From: Pseudogymnoascus verrucosus
Taxonomy: Eukaryota
Strand: one strand, 5' to 3'
DNA: 64,000 nucleotides
Assembly (NCBI GenBank): GCA_001662655.1
Contig: KV460235.1
Below are positions 36,578-48,479 of this stretch, one piece after another (the stretch's first letter is position 1; each line of letters starts with the position of its first letter). A program made the translations under genes and the position numbers. The notes under the pieces were generated by a model, which worked only from the letters and a program-made list of their open reading frames with translations, was not told the origin of the DNA and did no database searches.

Positions 36578-38069
36578 CTACGCCTCCCCGCCCTCCTGCT
36601 CCTCGCTCGGTGCCTCGCTCTCCCCGTTCACCTCCCCCTCCGGCCCCAACGCAAGCTTAATCCTCCAATTAATGAATTCCTCCGACAAAATCTCCCCATG
36701 TCCCACCTCCTCAACCTTCCAACACTCAACCACCCCACTCTTTTCCTTCCTCCTAATCCTCCAAACCCCCTCACTAACCACCGTCTCTCTCAAGAAACTC
36801 AGCACCCCCGCCCCAAAATTCACCGCAACATTCCCATCCCACCCCCCCCTCTTCTTCACAATCCCCGGAATCTTAGCCGTCTCCAACTCCTCCAGTCGTC
36901 TGAGTATTCCGTTGGCAGACCGGAATCCGACGATTATCTTTGGGACGCCTAAAAGGAAGGATTGGAGCCAGAATTTTAGGAGTTTGCGCTCGAATGTTTG
37001 GAGGTCCCGGGGGGAGCTGGGGTCGAGTGAGGTTTTTAGTTCGACGAAGTTGGTGGAGCTGGTTGGGGGGGGGGGTTTGGAATCCCAGACTGGGAGGGGG
37101 GGTTAGCTTAGGTGTCTGGTTGGAGGTGGGGGGAAGGAGGTGAGGGAGGGGAAGGGGGGGAGGAGCGGGGGACGTACTTGCGTCTACCTCTCCGCCGATG
37201 ATGAGGGAGGTGTCGCCAATACCGGTTTGCACCACGGAACAGTATTGCGCGGCGTTATTGACGATTTGGTCTTCCCGCCCTTCGATGTACTCGCGGGACG
37301 TGGCGTCCCAGGTGTCGGGGAGGAGGGAGAGGGTTTCGAATTTATAGCCTGTGGGTGGGTGGTGAGTATTGTGTTTCTCGATGATAGATGGGAGAGGGGG
37401 GGTAAGCATACCCCAGTACGACATCATGTCTTGACTTGGTCGGCCGGGGGCTGTTTGAAACCTGCTCTGTCGCGCTTGTCTTTGGACTTTGTATTCGTGG
37501 TTTTCTTCAATGAATCTGTGCGCGTTAGAATTCGAATAAGAACGAGAGGTCGTGGTTCATACATCGTGCCCTTTATAATCGTTAGCTACCACCCAAACAA
37601 CAGAGATCAAGGACTACTAACTTGGTAAAACGTAGCATTCATCTCAAACCTACACACCACACGCACCAACAATCAGCCTTTCCCCTCCCCCCACATCACA
37701 GAACACCACTCACCCATCCCGATCCTCAAAAGGACATGCCAACAACTTCGTCATCATCCCCCTCCACGTCACAACATCCACCTCCACCTTCCCCCCCCTC
37801 TCCCTCTCCACCCCCACAATCGTCTTCAACAAACTGTCTAAATGGTCATCCTGGCTCTCATCTAGCTTCTCAAACGTCTCAAACCCCTTACACAGATCTG
37901 CGCCGAGCCGGGGGGGGTAGTAGTACCGCAATCCCGAGGCGTCGGGGCGGTATTCGTGGGAGGGGGTGTAGGAGAAGCAGGCGATTTCTTTGGGGCGCTT
38001 CATGGGGGCGCTAGGGCCGGACCAGTTGTGGGGGGGGTGGATGGGGAGGGTGGCTGTGGGGGTGTCCAT
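36578..38069 (-). CDS. RAI1: Decapping/deNADding nuclease Rai1 (DXO family)
   Basis: RPKEIACFSY, VTWRGMMTK, GTIFIEE, YWGYKFE, QYCSVV, GGEVD, ELKT and KFWLQSFLLGV. Five introns, which enclose a 28-nt exon (37622-37649) and an 8-nt exon (37563-37570). Confidence 0.93.
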
Positions 38070-38498
38070 TGTTAAAGGGTGAATGGGAGGTTGTTACATT
38101 GGGAGTTGTACAAAAAAAAGTGGGAGAATTGCGATTGCGAAAGCTGGATTGGGAAGAGAGGTGAGGAGGCTGGCGGGACAGCCTTGTCGATGGAACGGAC
38201 GCTAGGAGCTTGAGCTGCAGGTAGTGACCCCACATCCCGCCGTTATCGATCGTGCATCTGTCTGTCCCTCCCCTCATCTCGAACAACAATAATATTTCAT
38301 CCACAACAGAAATATCCCCTAACACCTCAAGACACCTAAAATGGCTGCGCCATAGAATCAAAAAAAGAGACACACACATATACCTATCCTATCCCACCCG
38401 CGACACAACCACCATACCATACACCATCCACAGGCATCACAAAACTACTTTCTCTACTGCGCGCCATCTCCGCACACCACCACCCACGCATCACACCA

Positions 38499-39139
38499 AT
38501 GGCCTCCCAACGCCCCCGCGGCCTCCACTCCCACCCCTCCCACACCACCCCCCCCACCACCTCCGCCCCCGGCGCAGCCGCCGACCCCCGCCCCGTCCGG
38601 CGCAACCTCTTCCAAGCACAACTCTCGCGGCGCCCGCCCACCTCGCGCAGCGGGGATCCTGTGCGCGCCCCGCCGGCGTTGTCGAGGAGTACATCGGCCA
38701 GCGCGTCGGTGACGAGTGGTTCGACGTTGGTGTTGGGGAGTGGTGGGGGGTTTGATTTATCTACTGGGGGGGGAGGGGGAGGGGGGATAGTGGTGAGGGA
38801 TGCGAGTGGGGAGTTTGAGGTGGGGGATCCGGTGGGGATGTTGCTTGAGGGGAGGGGGGAGGAGGAGGGGGGTGAGGAGGAGGAAGGGGGAGAAGGGGGG
38901 GAGAGTGAGTTTTTCCTGGGAAGGGGAGGTAAAATGCAGAGTGCTAATTTGTTGGTGTAGAAGAAAGACAGAGAGTCGCAGATGCAGTGAAGCATCATTT
39001 ACGGGATCGGAATCGGGCGCCGAGCGAGCCGGCAGAACTACTGGAGGCTGTGCGGGGGGTGTTGAGGGGGAAGGTCGCGCAGCTGGCGGAGGATGATTGG
39101 ATGTATGAGGCTGAGAGCGAGGAGGTGGGATTGCGGTGA
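38499..39139 (+). CDS. Hypothetical protein (~194 aa); candidate small APC/C subunit (APC16-like)
   Basis: Exon 1 38499-38904, intron GTGAGT...GCTAAT...TAG 38905-38960, and exon 2 open to TGA at 39139. Conserved-looking islands are RRNLFQ, IVVRD-SGEF and LRGKVAQLAEDDWMYE. The functional call is inference. Confidence 0.7.
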
Positions 39140-39305
39140 TGGGAGGAACTGCTCATAGATTGCTGTTTGAAAATGATGGAAGGATAGGAAAATGGAAAAG
39201 GGACATGGCGTTTGAAGATACCCAGCTACTAGCCACCAAGCTTCAGCTACCAGCGCATACAGACATTCTAAACGTGTTGCATTGGTATCATCTCTACACG
39301 ACCAT

Positions 39306-40398
39306 CTAATCTAATCCCTCCGCCGCTGGCGCACCGGACGCCGCACCTACCCTCTTCGGCTGTTTCTTCGGCGCCTGCGGCGCCCCAAACATGCTCCCCA
39401 TCATATCAAATAGCGGGTTCCCCTGTCTTGGCCTCGCAATCCCAAAGTACATCTCTGCAATACTCTCCAGCGCCTCATCCCACCCCGTCGCCTCCTTGAT
39501 AAGCAACGCATAATGCATCTTCAACTGTCTAAACAGATCCGCCGCGCCCTTCTCCACCGCCGCCACGAGGAGAGTGAGGAAGTTGAGTAGAGGAAGGGAG
39601 GGGTAGACTTTTGTCCCCGATTTTGACGCCTTGACGTCCTGCACGGCTAGGGAGGGGTTCGAGGATGCGAGGCGTGCGGTGAAGAGTTGGAGGGCGGTGG
39701 AGGCGTCGCGCACGTTGCCGAGGAGGAGGTAGGGGAGGACAGCGCGCGCGGCGTAGGTAGCGGCTGTGTGGGAGTCGTCGGTGGCGTACCAGTCGTACTC
39801 CAGGTTTGCAAGGAGGGGAGGCGAGTCTTTCGTGCCGAGGAGGAGGTGGCGTTCTGCATCGTAGACGTCGTGTTCGGAGGCGTAGAGGGAGCCGGTGACG
39901 TGGTGGAGTTCGGGTTCGCCGGCGGGGTAGGAGCCGAATTTGGCGGACCAGCTGGGTGGTGTTAGCTTGCGATTTCAATGGGGATGGGGGGTAGGGGGTT
40001 GGGCATACCCAATCATCTCGGTTATGAACTTCTTCCTCGTTGGCTCCTCTGGGTCGAAGAGTCGTAGGAGAGTGAGCAGCTTGCCCTTGTTGGCTGCGTC
40101 GGGCGCGAGCTCGGCTTGCTTGTAGACATCGACGAGGAAGATGCTGAGGTCACCCCCTGAGCCGCCTTGCTCCGCCTTCAGGAGTGAAGAGGCAACATTA
40201 TATAAAATATCAATGGCGGCGGGCCAGTCCTTGGCCTTGATATACCGAGACGCAACGACGCGGGTCTGCTGCTGAGCTTCGTAGAACTGGCCTTCAGTAA
40301 TCCTTGTCACCGTTAGTTGGGTTTATAGTTGACGGAAAGACAGGCATGGCATACTTCGATTGTAGCCGAGTGATGATTTTCTCAATCTTGGAACTCAT
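39306..40398 (-). CDS. GET4: Golgi-to-ER traffic protein 4 (GET pathway)
   Basis: EGQFYEAQQQTRVVASRY, QGGSGGDL, WSAKFGSYPAGEPELHH, PLLNFL, IAEMYFGI and NPLFDMMGSMF. Introns 40302-40354 and 39952-40008. Confidence 0.93.
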
Positions 40399-41117
40399 AT
40401 TGGAAGATGCTAGGAGGGATTGTGAGGCTGTTTTGCGCAATGGTTCTGAGGCTGTTGTCTGATGAACATGCACTTGCTTGGAGCTTGCAATTGCGGGACG
40501 TTTACTCCTTATCAGCACGTGATATATGCAACTAGAGGTCGATTATCATATGAGTAGTAGCTGAGAGGATTGCTCCAACAAAGGTGGCCGACGACGATAT
40601 CACCCTCACGGTTATACTATAGGCTCTTTTCATATTACCTTATGTACCTTGTTCAGGTGGTGCCTTGCTCTTATTTTCCATGATCCGCCATATGTGAGCC
40701 ATGTGAGGTGCCACATCACACCACAAGCGGTTAAGTTAATGGGCAGAAAACGGTGATTAAATTTTACAAAGGCACGTGATTGCAGATCGAACAACGATTT
40801 ATCACTTTGGAACACGAAAGTGGCATAGGCGGAATCGGGGTTTCAGCGTACAGTATATAGAACCATATATAGTATAATAGACTCAACTGAACTATCGAGT
40901 TACCTCCTGGCCCTACGTATTTCATATATGCCGGACCTACACCAGCCGGAGTTCTGGGCTCCGGCCCCAGTACTGATGAGGGGTTCATTTACGTACAAGT
41001 CATGCGGGAAGTTTGAATTAGCTCACCGTTGAGATTTCCTAGATACATAGAGTCCAACTTTACAGTACATGCTTCATTTTTTTTTCGTGTTGGATAATAG
41101 TCTCTGTCAAAGTCATC

Positions 41118-42929
41118 ATGTTAGACCTTTTGTCCTCTGTTGAGATTTTACCAACCAAGAGTCATGGCCCGTCACCGTCGCCAGCAGTGAGCTTGCCTTC
41201 TGTGTCTAGCCCAGAGCACGCAGGATCTCGTTCTATAGAAAACGTGCAATTAGTACCAGAAAGTCCTATACCTGCACCGTTCGACATAGAAGATGGAGGG
41301 CCGAAACAAGGGCGCATTGTTGTCATAATCGCAGTTCTCACAGGCGTCAACTTCTTGAGTAGTTTGACCAACGGATTTATCACGATTGGTCTCCCACGAA
41401 TATCATCTGAACTCTCCCTTCCAGAACATCTAATGGTCTGGCCATCCGCGGTATACTAGTAAGTCTCTTTGTTCTAGCTGCTGAATGATGCTTTAAGGAC
41501 TAACTATAGGCAGCTTAACGAGCAGTACCTGCCTTCTCCTTGCAGGCTCCATCGCAGATGTCGTTGGACCTAGGCGCATCAATCTAGCAGGCTGCTTGCT
41601 TACTGGAATCTTTATCATTGCATGTGGTCTTGCCCGGACTGGTATTGAGTTCATTATGTTTCGTGCGATGCAGGGCATTGCTCTTTCACTCTGTCTGCCC
41701 ACGTCCGTTGCTATTGTTGCAAAGGTGGCACCTAGTGGCCGGAAGCGTAACATTGGCTTCTCGTGTTTAGGGTTCGTCCAGCCGATTGGCTTTTCCCTCG
41801 GTCTGGTACTCGAAGGTGCGGTCTTAGACATAATGGGCTGGCGTTTCTTATACTACTTAAGTGGCGGCCTCTCCCTGGCGCTCTTCATAACCAGTTTATG
41901 GATTTTGCCGCGCGATGCAATGATTATTGGATCTGTGTTTACCAAACTCAAGAGGGAGATCGACTGGCTTGGGGCATTAATGGCATCGACATGTCTAGTG
42001 CTCTTCTCTTATATCCTCGCGTTAGTGTCTCTCTGTCTTATTGTATATCTAGGTCGATTCACTGTGCTCACCATCATGTAGGACACTAACGGGTGCCGTC
42101 TCCAATATCCGCCAACCTACAAATATTGTCCTATTGCTAATTAGCATTGGTCTCGTCCCAGCTTTCATCTTTTGGGAAGCTCGCCGTGAACGCCTCAACC
42201 TCCCAGCCCTTATCCCGAACTCGCTATGGAAAAATACGGTTTTTACGAGCGTCTGCCTCACAGTCTTGTTCTCGAATGCTCTCGCCAACTCAATGGAAGT
42301 CTTCTGTTCGCTCTTGTATGTTCCACTCCTGTTCACTTCTCTTCCCCCGAAAGTTTCACATTATAACAATCACCCCAAGCTTCCAAGAAATCCAACACAC
42401 ATCTGCCCTCGGAGCGTCTTTGCGCATTTTGCCCTCTCTAATAGTTGGTTTTATCACTCAACTCTCAACCGGCATCCTCATCCACCGCTTAAGCCCATAT
42501 CACATCATTTTACTCGCCCTGATCCTTAGCGCCGGCTCCCCACTCCTCATGGCGGTCACATCTGCACAGTGGCCTTACTGGTATGCGGCCTTCTTCGCGC
42601 AGCTCCTCGCGCCGCTGTCCTGTGCCATAATGTTTACCATCGGCCTTCTGGCTGTATCGGAGGGGTTTCCAGCGCACACGCAAGCACTTGCCGGTGCCGT
42701 GTTTAGCACCGTCGCGCAGTTTGGAGCCAGTCTTGGACTTACATTGCTAGCGATGGTTGCTACTTCGGTGACAAATAGCAAGGGAGATCAGGGGAAAGGT
42801 AGGGAGGAGGACCTGTTAGCTGGATATCGAGCCAGCTTCTGGGCGGCATTTGCGTATATGGGACTTGCGTGTGTAATAGGAGTATTTGGACTAAGGCGGA
42901 TGGGAAGAGTCGGAGTGAAAAAAGACTAA
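41118..42929 (+). CDS. MFS transporter (14-TM drug:H+ antiporter-like)
   Basis: GSIADVVGPR (motif A), FRAMQGIA, IDWLGA and QALAGAVFSTVAQFG. Three introns (41459-41513, 42021-42081, 42317-42379) join the four ORF pieces in frame. Confidence 0.92.
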
Positions 42930-43099
42930 TTACCTTTATGCCATTTTCTTAGCGTTTTGTTTCTTGTTCAATTTTATATTTCTCATCTTAGCTTTTCGTT
43001 TCTACTACTACTGTTATATGCTTTTTGGTTTTTGGTTTTAATATATATTTTTGTCTTAGCTTTTCGTTTTTATCTAGCTCAGCCACCTACTATATAGAG

Positions 43100-44468
43100 T
43101 TATGATATGCCTAAAAATTCAAGTTGTTCCCAATCTTGTAGGTGCCGTCTTGGCGGACCTCCTCTACTGCCATCGCCGTGCATCAAGACATCCGTGTCGT
43201 CAGCTCTGCATGCCCACTTCTGACTGAGAGACTGTGGGGCTAACCCTTCGAACACATCACAGGTGTAGGTTCCTAAAATAGGTAGAAATTTAAATGCGCT
43301 GGTAGAGATGTTAGTTCGCCATTCATGCACCATGCAATCTAGACCATATTCGGATCAAAAGTGTTGCTTACTGTCCGCTGCCGCCAGTCGCCAAGAAGAG
43401 GTTCTGGAGATGGGGATAATGATCAACAATGAAGTCACCCTTGGGAGTGTCTGTGTACCAACACAGGTGTTTCTTAACAAAGGGTCTCTCTGAGATTGAT
43501 GACGAGAAAAAACGCCGTAATCCTTCCCGAAGTGAGACTTCAGCATCCTCTGGCAAGAATAAAGCTCTAGTACCATCGCCATCAAGCCTTGGAGCTGAGA
43601 CCTGTTGCTGCTCACCTGTAGGCGTGGTCATTGAGATGCGAGTCTCATAGCCATACCCATGCCGAGCACATTTCAGAATATTCGAACTTGGCGTAGGAGG
43701 AAAGACAAAGAAACCACTGGCAAGATCGAGAGCGATAGGCATTCTGCGAAGCATATCGGCTTCATCAGCAGTGAGTTGGGTGAAGCCCACAGGCTGAGCA
43801 GTGCTGACAGCATTTGAGGTAATATCTATAAGTCGAGATGTCCATGCCCCTGTGGCTAAAACCACATGCTCTGCGAGCAATGGAGGGCCTTCCTTTACAT
43901 TCACGCCAACAACACGCGTGCCATCTAGAACAAAAGAATCAACTGAGCCGCGAATACCAGTAACAAATGAGGCGCCTAAAGCCGAGCACTGCGATGCTAG
44001 GTGACGCACCGCTCCAGCGCTGTCAGCCCAGCCGCCACGTGGGTTCAGATATCCTTCACAGTTTCGTAGCGTCCCGCTTGTGAACTCGCAATGGGCGTCT
44101 CGAATGCGTGACGCATTATCAAAGATATTGATTTTCCCGCCTTGTGACTGGACCTGCTCTTTTGCTTTTTCCAGATAGGAATGCCCGCCCTCATCCGAGA
44201 TAATGAGAATTCCACTCTCATGGTAATATCGCGAATACTCGGATTTCCAGCCGGCTACAGCCTCATCCGCCATTTTCATATACTGCGCATCAGCATAGTC
44301 GGAGCGGATGATGCGCGAAAGGTCAACACTGGATCCGTCTGGCACGGGGGGTGGATGGCGATCAAGGACGGAAACCCGAATGTATCCCCGCTGGCAAAGC
44401 TCACGCGCCAATGTCAAACCAAACACACCAGCACCCACGATGATAATGGGATCCTCCTTGGAAGGCAT
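43100..44468 (-). CDS. FAD-dependent amine oxidase, sarcosine/L-pipecolate/fructosyl-amino-acid oxidase family
   Basis: IIIVGAGVFG (Rossmann), SSVDLSRIIRSDY, LATGAW, CWYTDTP (position of the flavinylated Cys in this family) and ATGGSGHAFKFLP across intron 43299-43371. Confidence 0.9.
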
Positions 44469-45019
44469 GGCAGTCGATGAGGTTTTTTTTGTATGCGAGA
44501 CGGCGGTCGGAAGACGATCTATATGAAAACACCTTGGCCCATTTCTGGGCGTAGAAATAAGTTGCAAATCTTAACGACTTTCGTATGAAGGGCTGTATGA
44601 AGGGCAGTGTCGTATGGATATTGTAACGTGTCTGAGAAAGCCGAAAACAAAAGTCATGCAATGCAGTTGGAAAATGGAAAATCGTGGAATGCAGTTGGAA
44701 AATGAAAGCCATGCATGCAATGCAGGTAAGAGATGAAGGGCGCAGTTTAGCCTAGAGCTACCACAGCTCCGCATCCGAAACTGAGCGGGACAGCCTGATT
44801 ATTGTCAGGGCATTATCAAAATTGTGAAGGCGACATCGCTCACCCACTACGCTGCATGGCACTAATTGACTTCATGGCTATTTATAGAACAATATAAAAT
44901 CATATATGTTCCGGCCCAACCGTGAGCCCAACCCAACCCAACCCAACCTAACGTAGTAGTGTAGAATAGTATCGTAGAAAATTCAAATCTATAACCTACA
45001 ACCTACAACTATAGCAATT

Positions 45020-46886
45020 ATGGCTACTATTGCTTCGATCAATCCATTTCCACATAATGTGCGCACTGCTTTTGAGGCCTATATGAGTAGTAGTACTACC
45101 TACTATAACCGTGAGCAATTTACACACGAAAAATGGCACCGAATGCACACAATACTTGATAATCCTACTGCCTACATACCATATAATAAAGAGAGCTCAA
45201 ACCTTAAGACACGCACACTCTCTAGCTTTATGCTTATTAATAATAAGCTATATAAGCAAGGTGATATACGGCATCTACACCCTAGAATTGTAGTTCTAAA
45301 AGAAGAGGTGTTTGATATTATCATACAAGAACACCTTAAGCTCCTACATGTAGGCTAGAATAAGGTGTAGCCTACTATAGAGCAACAGTTCTATAGAATA
45401 AAGCAAGAGGATGTTGAGTTTATACTTAAACGGTGTAAGAATTGCACCTTAAACAGACTAAATACTACAAAAGCTCCATTAGTTCCTATTATAAGTAGAC
45501 GGGCGTAGGAGAGAGTTTAAATCAACCTAATTGATATGCGCTACGAGCTATTAGGGCAGTATAAATGGATTCTTCATATAAAGGATCACTTCTTAAAGTA
45601 TACACAGCTATACCTATTGAAAAGCAAGCACGCAGAGCCTATTGCAGAGTGCTTTGCTCAATTCATTACAGCTTTCCTACCTCTAAAGATTATGCAGGCT
45701 AATAATGGGAAGGAATTTAAAGGGGCTCTCTTACTCTTACTACAGAAGTATGGAATACAGGTGGTAAATGGAGCACTACGATCACCACAAACGTAAGGCC
45801 TAGTTGAGCAGGCAAATGGAGTTGTTGAGAATAAGCTCTAGGCATGGAAAATGGACCACGGGTCTACAGAATGGAAGAATGGGCTACTTAAAGTAGTGCT
45901 TGCTATGAACACCCAATCCACTCTACAATTGGGTGTGCGCCAGCTGAGCTTCTATTCCGAGAGCGGAGCTCACACATTGACTGGCTTAACAGTCAGGCCC
46001 GGAAGGATCTGTCAATTAGAGTTAAGCAGGAAGACCCAACCATGGGTCCGATATTTGAGAGTGATCTTAAGCCCGAAGCTCTAATTGACCCACAGCTCTG
46101 CCAGGCGCTAGAGCTCTCAATTGAGCTTAGAATTAGGAGCTCCTACTCTAAGCCAGAACTCGGAATTGAGCTTGCAATTGAGAGCTCCTACTCTGAGCCA
46201 GAACTCGGAATTGAGCTCGCAATTGAGAGCTTACACTCTGAGCTAGAAATTGGAATTAAGCTTCGGCGTGGGACCTAGGCTCGAGTTCCAGCTTAGCTTA
46301 GAACTGAGCTTCAGCTTACACTAGATCCTGTAATTGAGAGAGCTATAGTAGCCACTCAACAAGCAAGGATTTCTATAGTGCAGAAGTATACAAAGAAGCA
46401 TGATATTCAGCACTTAATATAGGAGCAATAGTCTCTATAAAGGTTCCTTAAGAGGATAGAACCTCAACTAATAATAAGAGGTTATATGCACGCATTCTAG
46501 AAGAGCCTTACCCTCATAGGTATCGCATTCTTACACCTTTAGGTGTTATACAACGCCTTATACCTACAAAATCACTCGGAGTTGTAGAGCAAGCTCTATA
46601 GTCTGATATCATTATTCCTACTTCTACAAAGCAAGTAACACTAGGGCTTGCAGCTAGAGAGGCTTCTACAAGCGTACGGGTTGGAATATCGTGTCAATGT
46701 AAGGGGCAGTGTAGTACAAAGCGGTGCCGGTGCTATAAGGAAGCAAAGGAGTGTAGTGTACACTGCCATAACGATGACCACGACTGTGGCAATTTATCAG
46801 GTCTTACTACTCGTACGGAAATAGCTTTAGTTGAGAGGCCAAAGCGGAAGCGGGCACGAGCAGACACAGTAGGTAATAGTATATAG
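45020..46886 (+). pseudogene. Degenerate DDE integrase-like transposase (H2C2 + rve + SH3-like + Cys-rich tail)
   Basis: H2C2 zinc motif HLKLLHVG...KRCKNC; core A*ERV*INLID, KDHF, MQANNGKEF and RSPQT*GLVE; tail SCQCKGQCSTKRCRCYKEAKECSVHCH. Many TAG/TAA stops and two frameshifts (~45915 and ~46415). Confidence 0.88.
46141..46260 (+). repeat. 45-bp in-frame tandem repeat within the transposase
   Basis: Units start at 46141, 46186 and 46231 (the last partial) and encode SYS[K/E]PELGIELAIES. Confidence 0.85.
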
Positions 46887-47734
46887 CTATATATCAATTA
46901 ACTACTCTACTCTTACTTTTGGTTGGGCCGGAACAAATATAGTTATTATATAATAGCTCTTCGGTGAGATTGTTACTTGGGGATGGAAATAAATATGGAA
47001 ATTTGTAAAATTACATTAAAAAATAAATATTCATATTCAAGAATAAATTATATATGTCTCACTTCCTTATTTTGCCAAATATGCACTATCTTGAAGGACC
47101 ATTTAACTTAGAGTCTGTCTTGCGCTCTAGTAGTCACTCAGTCCGGAAGCTGTATTTATTTTTGGTAATCTAATTGTTTTCAAACAGTTCTGCTCAAGGT
47201 GACAAACTGGTATCGGGATAAACGGGCGTCACGCTTTTCAGTCTGCCTTTATTTAGCCTTGTGCCTCATCTCGGGCACTTCAGGGTGGAGGAAGCACGCA
47301 GTGGTTCTCATACATCTCAGTTGTATTTATAGTTCAATACCGTCATCAGCAGGACTTGTAGGTGGCAAGTTCTCATATGTGACTGAGTACTCGCCCCTGA
47401 CCCTGAGCGATTGCTGGTGTCTCTTCTCGGTGGATGTCTCCTGAATCTTTGTTTGTCCATATGAGACCATGAGATTTCATTCCATGCCAGTAGCCGAAGA
47501 AGCACCCTTCTCGACCGAAAAATGTCTTCTTCCTCGAAACGAACTTCGATTTCCTTCTGGAAGTTCCGCCATCTTAAACGCCGTACTGACTATATATAGT
47601 GGCAAATGCACAGCTCACTTTCCGAGTACCAAAGTTTTCTAAGCTGCAAGATTTCTGAGTACGATCACCCAAAGGAAAAAATAAACAGAACCAGCACACC
47701 ATCTACTCACCTCTTCCAAACTACTGCCTTCAAA

Positions 47735-48479
47735 ATGCCTCGAGGCAGAACCAGATACCATCAACTGCCCACAAGACAACGTACACCCTCACCCTCACCC
47801 TCACCCTCACACACACCTCCACCCACGCCTAAACTCCAAACTCCTCACCGGCGCCTTCCTCATCTTCCTCTCCCTCCTCATCTTCCTCGCCATCATCAAA
47901 GACCTCCCCTGCCGCACCCCCTGGCCCGCCTACAAGCCTCTCCCTTCCGCAAGCACCTGGTTCGAGAGTTTCACTCCCCATTCAACTCCTCGCACCCCTC
48001 AAAAAGCCATTCGCAAAACACTCAAGACCATCTCGGCCCTCATCTTGGAGCTGAACCGCACCCTCACCACCACGTGCCCTGGGTGCGTCTGGCGCACCGC
48101 TAGCGGGGAAGTCTGTGTCAGGACGTTCTATGATGACGGAGATGTTGTGCTGTTCGTCGTCGTGGGATGGTTGATTGTTACTCTTTGTAGTTTTGGGACG
48201 TGGGTTTTTCTAGGCGGGGTTGCGGATATTGCTCCTAACTTTGAGGCGCGGGTGGAGAACTGGGGGCTTGGGGGTGCGAGTGTGGTGGCTGCGGCTGTGG
48301 CGTTTGGGGGGCTGAGGGCCCGGTGGTATTGGTGTGTTTTGTTTGTGCTGGGCGCGGCGTTTGGAGGTATGGTGTTGGGTGTGTTTGTTACGCCGGAGAA
48401 ACAGTTGGTGAAGTGGAAGGAGGAGATGAGGGCTGAGGCGGAGAATTTGGCGTATGCGGAACGCCAGACGGGTAGATGA
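47735..48479 (+). CDS. Putative multi-pass membrane protein; 5' structure unresolved (possible frameshift or pseudogene)
   Basis: One open frame (~47684-48479) encodes 4-5 hydrophobic segments but has no ATG until near its end. The ATG in good context (47735) is in a different frame. Confidence 0.45.

Larger units (their letters stand above)
44907..46935 (+). mobile_element. Inactivated integrase-type DNA transposon (Ginger/GingerRoot-like), 2029 bp
   Basis: Perfect 15-bp TIRs: TGTTCCGGCCCAACC (44907-44921) and GGTTGGGCCGGAACA (46921-46935). It has subterminal (CCCAA)n and a single degenerate integrase ORF, with no gag, RT or LTRs. The 4-bp flanks are TATA and AATA, so there is no clean TSD. 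Confidence 0.85.

Noticed and set aside
45340..46620. Stop-codon recoding or read-through in the integrase
   Set aside because: The stops are mixed TAG/TAA at Trp and Gln positions, with frameshifts and mutated catalytic Asp residues, which indicates decay.
44907..46935. LTR retrotransposon remnant
   Set aside because: There is no RT, RNase H, protease, gag or direct terminal repeat. The integrase has its own ATG and is tightly bounded by inverted repeats.
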